From the NCBI GenBank assembly GCA_963723695.1, contig CAVRRU010000009.1, positions 106,456 through 170,455 of the forward strand: DNA of 64,000 nt, given 5' to 3'. The notes beneath the pieces are model-generated. The model ran no database searches, was not told where the DNA came from, and saw nothing but the letters and a program-made list of their open reading frames with translations. A program made the translations under genes and the position numbers. This document shows, piece by piece, positions 26,045-33,421 of the stretch. Numbering within the stretch: position 1 is the first letter of the stretch; each line of letters begins with the position of its first letter. Source of the DNA: an uncultured Gaiellaceae bacterium (GTDB lineage Bacteria; Actinomycetota; Thermoleophilia; Gaiellales; Gaiellaceae).

Positions 26045-27697
26045 ATGCTGGACACAGCACAGCCGGACGATCTAAGGTCGCCCGTGACGCTCGACTTCCG
26101 GATACTCGGCCCTCTCGAGGTCTCCGACGAGACCGGGCCCGTCGCGCTGGGCGGTCCCAAGCAGCGCGCGCTGCTCGCGATTCTCGTGCTCGATGTCGGC
26201 CGGGTCGTCCCGACCGATCGGCTGATCGACCAGCTGTGGGGTCGAGAGGCGCCCAAGACGGCCAACGCATCGCTCCAGAATTCGGTGGGCCGTCTGCGCC
26301 GAGCCCTGGGCACCGAGGTTCTCAAGACTCGATCGCCCGGTTACGTGTTGAACGCCGACCCGGCCCAGATCGACGCACGGCGCTTCGAGCGGGCGCTGGG
26401 GGATGCGAGGCGGTCGCCCGCCGAAGAGCGCCGTGCGCGCTTGCAGGCAGCGCTCGCGCTCTGGCGTGGCCCGGCGCTCGCGGAGTTCGCCTTCGACGAC
26501 TTCGCCCAGCCGGAGATCCGCAGGCTCGAGGAGCTACGGCTCGTTGCTCATGGGGAGCGGATCGACGCGGACCTCGAGCTTGGGCGGCATGGCGACGTCA
26601 TCGGCGAGCTCGAGGCGCTCGTCAGCGAGCATCCGCTGCGGGAGACCTTCCGGACGCAGTTGATGCTGGCGTTCTACCGGGCGGGCCGGCAAGCGGAAGC
26701 CCTCGATGTCTACCAGGACGCGCGCTCACGTTTCATCGACGAGCTCGGAATCGAGCCCGGACCGGAGCTCAAGCGGCTCCAGTCGGAGATCCTTCGCCAC
26801 GAGGCCGGCCTGGCCGTGTCCGATCAGCCGGCCCCAACGGACGAGGAGGGCGAGATCATCCGGGCCCTTCTCGCGGGCCGGGTGGTCCCCGTGATCGGTC
26901 TCGACGGTGCCGGCGACCTCGCCGAACATCTCGCCAAGGCGTTCTCGGTTCCCGACGACCGACCCGTCGACCTCGCGCGCGTTTCCCAGTACGTGGCGAC
27001 GATGCAGGGATCGGGGCCACTGTACGACGAGCTCCATACGCGGTTCGAGGCGGCTGTCGAGCCGAGCCCGCTTCATCGCTTCCTTGCGCGTTTGCCGGCA
27101 CTGCTACGCGAACGAGGTGCTCCTCACCAGCTCATCGTCACCACCAACTACGACCTCGCGCTCGAGCGCGCCTTCGAGGAGACCGGTGAAGAGCTCGACA
27201 TCGTCTCCTACGTCGCGACGGGGCCGCATCGCGGCCGCTTCTGGCATCGGCCACCCGGGGAGCCGCCTCGACCAATCGACGTTCCCAACACGTATGCGAC
27301 GGAGCTCAGCCTCGATCGTCGTACGATCCTCCTGAAGCTGCACGGTGCGGTCGACCCGCTCCCCGAGCGCGAGTGGGAGAGCTTCGTGATCACTGAGGAC
27401 GACTACATCGACTATCTCGGTCGCGCAGAGCTGACTGCGGTCGTCCCCGTGGCTCTCGCCGCCAGGCTCCGGCGCAGCCACTTCCTCTTCCTCGGCTACG
27501 AGATGGCCGACTGGAACCTTCGCCTCATCCTCAACAGGATCTGGGGCGAGCGGCCCGTCGCGTACCGCTCATGGGCCGTTCAGCATTCTCCGAGCCCGCT
27601 CGCGCAGGCGTTCTGGCGACGGTTCGACGTCGCCGCATTGGACGTCGATCCGCGCTCGTACGTCGAGCTCCTCGAGCGACGGCTCGAGGCAGCATGA
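26045..27697 (+). CDS. SARP-family wHTH+BTAD DNA-binding module fused to a SIR2_2-type (sirtuin-like) domain
   Basis: FRILGPLEV, ALWRGPALAEF, AFYRAGRQAEAL (SARP/BTAD), then VVPVIGLDGAG, TTNYD (27140-27154), KLHG (27335-27346), FLFLGYEMADWN (SIR2_2-like). Alternative starts GTG 26036 and GTG 26084. Confidence 0.75.
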   Translation: MLDTAQPDDLRSPVTLDFRILGPLEVSDETGPVALGGPKQRALLAILVLDVGRVVPTDRLIDQLWGREAPKTANASLQNSVGRLRRALGTEVLKTRSPGYVLNADPAQIDARRFERALGDARRSPAEERRARLQAALALWRGPALAEFAFDDFAQPEIRRLEELRLVAHGERIDADLELGRHGDVIGELEALVSEHPLRETFRTQLMLAFYRAGRQAEALDVYQDARSRFIDELGIEPGPELKRLQSEILRHEAGLAVSDQPAPTDEEGEIIRALLAGRVVPVIGLDGAGDLAEHLAKAFSVPDDRPVDLARVSQYVATMQGSGPLYDELHTRFEAAVEPSPLHRFLARLPALLRERGAPHQLIVTTNYDLALERAFEETGEELDIVSYVATGPHRGRFWHRPPGEPPRPIDVPNTYATELSLDRRTILLKLHGAVDPLPEREWESFVITEDDYIDYLGRAELTAVVPVALAARLRRSHFLFLGYEMADWNLRLILNRIWGERPVAYRSWAVQHSPSPLAQAFWRRFDVAALDVDPRSYVELLERRLEAA

Positions 27698-30600
27698 GCG
27701 CGAAGCCCGAGTCGCCGTACAAGGGCCTGAATCCGTTCGACGACTCGGAGGTCGACGCGCTTCTCTTCTTCGGGCGGGAGCGAGAGACGGCGATCGTCGT
27801 AGCGAACCTGATCGCCGCTCGGCTGACGGTGCTTTACGGCCCGAGCGGTGTCGGGAAGTCCTCACTTCTGAGCGCGGCCGTGGCCCGTTCGCTGCGCGCG
27901 CTCGCCGAGGGACCGCTCGTCGTCGTGTTCTCGAGCTGGAGCGACGATCCGAACCCCGCTCTCGCCGAGGCGGTCGGGAAAGCGGCCGGGCTCACGACTG
28001 ACGGCTCCGCGGTCGGGGCGCTCGAGCTGGCGCAGTCCGAGCGCGACGTGTACCTCATCCTCGACCAGGCCGAGGAGTACTTCCTGTACCACGCCGACGA
28101 CGGTGGCCCCGGGTCGTTCGCGGAGGCGCTACCGGCCATCCTCGCCGCCCCGACCCGCGTGAACGTGCTGGTCTCCCTGCGCGAGGATTCGCTTGCGAAG
28201 CTCGACCGCTTCACGGGCCGGATTCCGGGGTTGTTTGCGAACACACTTCGACTCGATCGGCTCGATCGCGGCGCCGCGCGCAAGGCTGTGCTCCGACCGG
28301 CCGAGCGCTATGCGGAGCTGACCGGCGAATCGGTGATCATCGAGCCGGCGCTCGTCGAGCGTGTCCTCGACGAGGTCGGTGCGGGGCGGATCGAGCCTGC
28401 CCTCGGGGGCCTCGGCACAGTCGAAGCACTCGACGCGGGCGGACGGATCGAAGCGCCCTACCTCCAGCTCGTCATGCAGCGCCTGTGGGACGAGGAGCGC
28501 GCATCCGGCTCGACGGAGCTCAGAGCTGAGACCTTCGAGCGACTGGGCGGCGCGCAACACATCGTGGAGGAGCACCTCGAGGGTGCGATGGCCGAGCTCA
28601 CCATCGCGCAGAGCGACCTAGCCGCGCGGATCTTCAACCACCTCGTCACGCCGTCGGGGACGAAGATCGCCCACGAAGTCGCCGACCTCGCCGATTTCGG
28701 CCGTGTCAGTGAGCCCGAGCTTACCCCGGTTCTGACGACGCTCACGGACCGGCGCATCCTGCGGTCGATCGACGAGGGTCGCGGTGTCCGGTACGAGATC
28801 TTCCACGACGTCCTCGGAGAGCCGGTGCTCGCGTGGCGAACCCGACACCGCACGGAGCGGGAGATCGAGCGACAGGTCGAGGAGCAGGCGAGACGCCGAA
28901 CGCGCATGCAGCGCCTCATCGGACTCGCGCTCGGGCTACTCGCCCTCCTGCTCGCCGTCGCCGCGTTCGGCGTCCTGCAGCAGCGCAACGCCGACGAGCA
29001 GTCGCGTGACGCGCAGGCGCGCACGCTTGATGCGTCGGCTATCGCCCTCCTGCCCGAGGATCCCGAGTTGAGCGTTCTCCTGGCGCGCGAGTCGGCGCGG
29101 ATGGCTCCTGGACCGACTGCGGAGGACGCACTCCTCCAGTCGCTCCTCACGTCGCACCTGCGAGACGTCCGATCGACGGCCGGCGCCATCACGTCGATGG
29201 ACTCCACTGGGGGAGGGAGCAAGCTCGTCGCTTACGCCAGTGACGACGGCGTCGCGCGGGTCGTCGACCTGCGCACCGGTACTCGACGCTTCACGACGAA
29301 GGTCGGCACGGGCGGGCGAGTCTCATTCTCTCCGAGTGGCTCGACGGTTCTCGTCTCCGGCGGCGCAGGCCCGCCGCGAGTGCTCGACGTCGCGAAGGGC
29401 CGGGCCGTGTGCAGGCTGGGCGACCGGGCGAGCGCGCCGTCGGCGGACGCGGTTTTGCTCGCGAACCGTGCGGTTGCGGTCCGCAACGGGGTCGCATACG
29501 TCTGGAATACGCGCACGTGCCGGCTCGTCCACACCCTCGGGCGGGTGGGTAGGACCGCGGTACGCGTCGTCGCGAGCCCGGATGGCATGCGTGTCGCGTT
29601 CCTGTCTGGGCGTGAAGCGCGAGTCGCGGACCCCGTACGCGGACGGCTTCTCTTCCGCCTGAGGCACCCGGGCGACATCACGAGCGTCGCGTTCAGCACG
29701 GACGGCAATCGCATCGTGACGGGCGGGCGTGATCGGCTCGCACGCATTTGGAACGGTCGCACCGGAAGGCTGGTTCACGAGCTGAGTGGGCACTCGGGTC
29801 AGGTGCTGGACGTCGCGATCGGGCCTCCGGGAACCGAGGTCGCGACTGCCAGCACAGACGGCACGGCACGCGTCTGGGACGTGTCGACCGGCCTCCTGCT
29901 CGCGCCCCTCTTCGGGCACACGAACTTCGTTCGCTCCGTCGACTTCAGCGCCGACGGCCAGACGGTCGTCACAGGGAGCGACGACGGGACCGGGCGAACA
30001 TGGGCTCTCAACGGGCGCCGGCTCGCCACGCTCGCACGTCACTCCGGCGCGGTGGTGGACGCACTTCTGACTTCGGACGGATTCGACGTCGTCACGGCCG
30101 GAGAGGACGGCACGGTACGGCTGTGGGACGCTGCCACGCGACCGGACCTGGTGCGCTCGCGCCGCGCCCAACCGCCCCCCGCTCCCCAGACGACGGCAGA
30201 GAGCTCCACCGGCGACGCGAAGGCGACGATCGACGACCACGTCGTCCGTCTCGAGCGCGATGGCGAGGCAATCGACCTCGAGGGTCATCGCCTGGCCGTT
30301 ACGAGCGTCGCCTTCTCGCCGGACGGCACGCGCCTGCTCACGGCGGCTCGAGATCACGAGGTGCGGCTCTGGGATGTGGCGACCGGCGGATCGCTGCGCG
30401 TACTCCGTGGTCACTTCGGCACGGTGAACGACGCGCGTTTCAGCCCTGACGGTCGTTGGATCGTCACCGCCGGCCCGAGATCGGTCGGCCTGTGGCGCGC
30501 ATCCGATGGTCGCCTGATCCGCCTGCTCGCGGGGCCGGAAGGCCCGTTTCTCGCCGCCGGGTTCGAAGCCGACTCACGCACGATCGTCGCGCGATCGGCC

Positions 30601-30732
30601 GGCGACGTGATCAGCGCGTACGACTGCCGGATCTGCGCCGGCATTCCGGAGCTGCTCGCACTCGCAGACGAACGCCTGCGCGCGAGCGAGAGGGAGCTAA
30701 CGGCCGAGGAGCGCGCGCTCTACTTCGGCTGA
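27694..30732 (+). CDS. novel-STAND (NACHT-like) P-loop NTPase - single TM helix - WD40 beta-propeller protein
   Basis: The ATG overlaps the upstream TGA (ATGA 27694-27697). SPYKGLNPFDDSEVDALLFFGRERE, GPSGVGKSS, VYLILDQAEE. Hydrophobic LIGLALGLLALLLAVAAFGVL (about 28915-28980). Many WD40 blades (GHSGQVLDVA, GHTNFVRSVDFSADG, GHRLAVTSVAFSPDG, VRLWD). Confidence 0.8.
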   Translation: MSAKPESPYKGLNPFDDSEVDALLFFGRERETAIVVANLIAARLTVLYGPSGVGKSSLLSAAVARSLRALAEGPLVVVFSSWSDDPNPALAEAVGKAAGLTTDGSAVGALELAQSERDVYLILDQAEEYFLYHADDGGPGSFAEALPAILAAPTRVNVLVSLREDSLAKLDRFTGRIPGLFANTLRLDRLDRGAARKAVLRPAERYAELTGESVIIEPALVERVLDEVGAGRIEPALGGLGTVEALDAGGRIEAPYLQLVMQRLWDEERASGSTELRAETFERLGGAQHIVEEHLEGAMAELTIAQSDLAARIFNHLVTPSGTKIAHEVADLADFGRVSEPELTPVLTTLTDRRILRSIDEGRGVRYEIFHDVLGEPVLAWRTRHRTEREIERQVEEQARRRTRMQRLIGLALGLLALLLAVAAFGVLQQRNADEQSRDAQARTLDASAIALLPEDPELSVLLARESARMAPGPTAEDALLQSLLTSHLRDVRSTAGAITSMDSTGGGSKLVAYASDDGVARVVDLRTGTRRFTTKVGTGGRVSFSPSGSTVLVSGGAGPPRVLDVAKGRAVCRLGDRASAPSADAVLLANRAVAVRNGVAYVWNTRTCRLVHTLGRVGRTAVRVVASPDGMRVAFLSGREARVADPVRGRLLFRLRHPGDITSVAFSTDGNRIVTGGRDRLARIWNGRTGRLVHELSGHSGQVLDVAIGPPGTEVATASTDGTARVWDVSTGLLLAPLFGHTNFVRSVDFSADGQTVVTGSDDGTGRTWALNGRRLATLARHSGAVVDALLTSDGFDVVTAGEDGTVRLWDAATRPDLVRSRRAQPPPAPQTTAESSTGDAKATIDDHVVRLERDGEAIDLEGHRLAVTSVAFSPDGTRLLTAARDHEVRLWDVATGGSLRVLRGHFGTVNDARFSPDGRWIVTAGPRSVGLWRASDGRLIRLLAGPEGPFLAAGFEADSRTIVARSAGDVISAYDCRICAGIPELLALADERLRASERELTAEERALYFG

Positions 30733-30745
30733 CCGATTCTCGGTC
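30731..30745. terminator. small hairpin between convergent STAND-WD40 and 30758 genes
   Basis: GACCGA TTC TCGGTC overlapping the TGA of the STAND gene. Short stem, weak. Confidence 0.3.
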
Positions 30746-30757
30746 CGACCATGCTCG

Positions 30758-31513
30758 CTAACAGCGGCCGGGAGGCAGGAAGCCTGCGGCGCACAGCTCC
30801 GGACGCGGCGCGCTGACGGCGAACGCGCTGCGGAGATCATCGGTGAACCAGACGTGGAGCATCTCGCTTGCCCCCTGCCGGAGTCGCGCGCCCGGCGGGC
30901 ACCCGCCGCCGGCGAGAGGCTTCAGACCACGCTTCTTGCCTTGCTTGCAGACGACGTGCGAGTGCCAGCGCAGGATCGGCCCAGCCGGCGTCGGCCCGAG
31001 CTCGCCGTCTCGCGTGCTCCACATGGCGCCGACGAGGACGAGCGGTCGTCCCGGTGCGTTCGCGTATATGAGCGCCTTCGGCCGCGTGAAGTCGAAGATG
31101 GACCGACCGCGCGGCTCCTGGCGCCGCTCGGCGTGGAAGAAGAAGACGCTTCGGTCTCCGCGCTTGCGAGGACGCGAACGTGTGTCGTAGCCCGCGCGAG
31201 CCGCGGCGCGCAGGTCATCCCACCTCCCACGCTTCGCGGCAGCGACGAGTCGGGTTAGTACGAGCGTCGCTCGCGCGCGCTGGCGCGGCGTGGCAATGGC
31301 CACGACCGGATACTGCGGGAGGTGGTTGATGAGGCCGCGACGAGCGGTGGGCGGGAGCTCTTCGCTGCCTTGTGGGAGCGTGCAGACGAGGAGTGGAGGC
31401 ACAGCTGTACGTGCCTCACCTACGATCGCACCTAGCGCGATCGCGACCGCGGCACCGACGACTGCCCCGATCGCACGTGTACTCACTTGATAACCATCGG
31501 CACATCGGCGCAA
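30758..31513 (-). CDS. hypothetical membrane-anchored/secreted protein
   Basis: 251-aa ORF with an N-terminal hydrophobic segment AIGAVVGAAVAIALGAIVG. 12-nt gap after the upstream gene, so likely an operon. No recognised domain. Confidence 0.55.
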   Translation of the reverse strand: MRRCADGYQVSTRAIGAVVGAAVAIALGAIVGEARTAVPPLLVCTLPQGSEELPPTARRGLINHLPQYPVVAIATPRQRARATLVLTRLVAAAKRGRWDDLRAAARAGYDTRSRPRKRGDRSVFFFHAERRQEPRGRSIFDFTRPKALIYANAPGRPLVLVGAMWSTRDGELGPTPAGPILRWHSHVVCKQGKKRGLKPLAGGGCPPGARLRQGASEMLHVWFTDDLRSAFAVSAPRPELCAAGFLPPGRC

Positions 31514-31525
31514 GACTCGCTCCGT

Positions 31526-33364
31526 TCAGCCTCTGACGAGGAGTAACGCATGCGCGCTTGCGCTCGGGCTGGCCGCTCGCGTGCCGACGAAGAAAGCGCG
31601 GACACGCCAACGTCCCACCGCAGGCGGCGACCACGACACGGTTGCGAGGCCACCGCTTCCGACGCGCGCGACGAGGATCCGCGAGAACTGCCAGCCTTCG
31701 ATCGGATCGAAGTGATCGATGCGGAATCGCACGTGTCCTCCTACGGCGGCGTCAGGCGTCACGCCAGACGAGAGTTGGACGTCGCGACTGTATTCCGCCG
31801 TCGCGGTTGGCACTCCTTCGACGAGTGCGATCGTCGTCGAGATCTCGCGAATCAGCAGCGAGACTCGGTACTCACCTGCGTTCTGGCCGCGCGCGCGAAT
31901 TGCGACGAAATACTGACCCTCCTCGAGTTTCGCGCGAAGCTCGGGCCTCCGTGCCGCCCCGCAGACGCACTTGACGTAGTTGCCCTCGCTCGACAGCAAG
32001 AAAAGTTCGAAGGTCGCCTTCCGAGGAGTCCGGAGTCGTGCCGTCACCTCGGTCCGGTGGGTCACATCGAAGCGATAGAGATCGAGCACGTCGATTGAGC
32101 GCGCTGACAAGGAACCTCGGCGTGTCTGACCGTTGCGGATGAGAAGACCGGGAGCCAAGTCGTCGCGCCCGGCTCGAGCGACCTGCAGCCGATAGCGCTG
32201 TGCTCCGCCCCGGTGCCCCTCCGACCTGACGAGCAGGCTGTAGCGTCCGCCCTCGTCGGGGCCCGGCGTGAAGACGAGGTACCCGCCGCAGGGACGTCGA
32301 TCCACAACGCGGCGATCGTCGAACGAGGAGGTCCCGGGCCTGAACAGGGACAGCGGGAGACAGCGGCCGCGATCCGGCGCGAGGTTCAATCGGTATGTCC
32401 GTCCGGCTGTCAGTGCGACCGACCATGCAGCTTCCGGCCGGCTCAGCGGGTCCACGCTCGACCTCGCCCCGCCGGTGGGAAGGCGCGCTCCGGGCGCCTT
32501 CGCGAGCGGAGGTGCGAAGAGCTCGAGCCGAAATGTGCTCGACGCCGAGTCTGACCGCTCGCCGACGACGATGAGGTGCTGGCGTCCCCGCTCCGCCTGG
32601 AAGGCCACTCCGCCGATTCCGTTCTCGTCCGTCGGCACGCAGCCGAGCGGCTTGTACTGCGAGCGCACACGCCGGAAGACTGCCACGACTGCATCGAGCC
32701 TTCCGCGAGCACGAATCCGGACGGCGATCCGTCCACGCAGGCGCGTCGTGAGGCTGTACCACACCGTCGAGCCTGACGCCCCGCAGCCGAGCTCGGGGTC
32801 CGAGTAGTCGGAGGTTGCACCGATCGTCGTCCCATCGATCGACGACGGGGGAGTGTGGAGCATGGCCGCGTTTCGGCGCGCGTCGTTCGTAGGCGTGACA
32901 TAGACCTCGGTGCGTCCCACGCCGGCAGCATGCGTTTCGCTTCCGGAGTACGACGCGGTGATCGTGTGTGTCCCGTTGCCGATCGCTTCGGGCTGGTACG
33001 CCATCGAGCAAGTCGCAGCCGCCGCGGCGCTGGCCGCAAGTGTGCAGCTTTCGGGGTCGAACGACCCGGGCCCGGTGCTTGCCAAGCCCACCGTTCCGGC
33101 CGGAGCGGCCTTCTTGCCGGAGCCGGTATCGGCGACCTTCGCGGTGCAGAGAGCCGATGCTCCTGGCGTCAGCGTCTCTTGGTTGCACGTCACGGTCGTC
33201 CTGGTCGATCTGAGCGCGGTGATGCCGTCTGCCGACACGGGCGCCGAGGCAGCCGGGGTGGGGCCGACAACGCCGACGACCGCGACCGTCGTTGGAACGA
33301 GCACGGCGATCCTGAGTACCGACCTACCACGATCCGCGAACGAGCTGAGCGAGATGCGCTTCAC
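31526..33364 (-). CDS. large secreted protein with Ig-like and PPC-like beta-domains (hypothetical)
   Basis: 612-aa ORF. AAGGAGG RBS 5 nt before GTG 33364. Signal/anchor, then Cys-containing beta-rich repeats. No catalytic motif recognised. Confidence 0.6.
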   Translation of the reverse strand: MKRISLSSFADRGRSVLRIAVLVPTTVAVVGVVGPTPAASAPVSADGITALRSTRTTVTCNQETLTPGASALCTAKVADTGSGKKAAPAGTVGLASTGPGSFDPESCTLAASAAAAATCSMAYQPEAIGNGTHTITASYSGSETHAAGVGRTEVYVTPTNDARRNAAMLHTPPSSIDGTTIGATSDYSDPELGCGASGSTVWYSLTTRLRGRIAVRIRARGRLDAVVAVFRRVRSQYKPLGCVPTDENGIGGVAFQAERGRQHLIVVGERSDSASSTFRLELFAPPLAKAPGARLPTGGARSSVDPLSRPEAAWSVALTAGRTYRLNLAPDRGRCLPLSLFRPGTSSFDDRRVVDRRPCGGYLVFTPGPDEGGRYSLLVRSEGHRGGAQRYRLQVARAGRDDLAPGLLIRNGQTRRGSLSARSIDVLDLYRFDVTHRTEVTARLRTPRKATFELFLLSSEGNYVKCVCGAARRPELRAKLEEGQYFVAIRARGQNAGEYRVSLLIREISTTIALVEGVPTATAEYSRDVQLSSGVTPDAAVGGHVRFRIDHFDPIEGWQFSRILVARVGSGGLATVSWSPPAVGRWRVRAFFVGTRAASPSASAHALLLVRG

Positions 33365-33386
33365 GCGAGCCTCCTTGTCGCAGCGG

Positions 33387-33419
33387 ATCTTCCGCGCCGA
33401 TCCTCAAGGAATGCTCAAG
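33387..33419 (-). promoter_or_regulatory. SARP-type promoter: TTGAGCA-N4-TTGAGGA, 8 bp, -10 GAAGAT
   Basis: Heptamers at 33412-33418 and 33401-33407, hexamer at 33387-33392. It lies in the 57-nt divergent gap between the 33364 gene and uvrB. Confidence 0.5.
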
Positions 33420-33421
33420 AC

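Noticed and set aside
24738-26270. 510-aa minus-strand ORF spanning the deacetylase/M23/SARP-SIR2 junctions
   Set aside because: Arg/Pro/Ala-rich shadow frame that crosses three independently supported genes and two intergenic regions.
32855-33421. N-terminal 189-aa extension of uvrB suggested by ORF 32855..35446
   Set aside because: The extension is antisense to the 31526..33364 gene and unlike UvrB. UvrB homology starts at PFKASDLYAPLGDQP just after GTG 33422/33443.
15222-33421. Classical genomic island, prophage or integrative element
   Set aside because: No integrase, transposase, tRNA target, phage structural genes or flanking direct repeats were seen. It is treated as a variable chromosomal region only.
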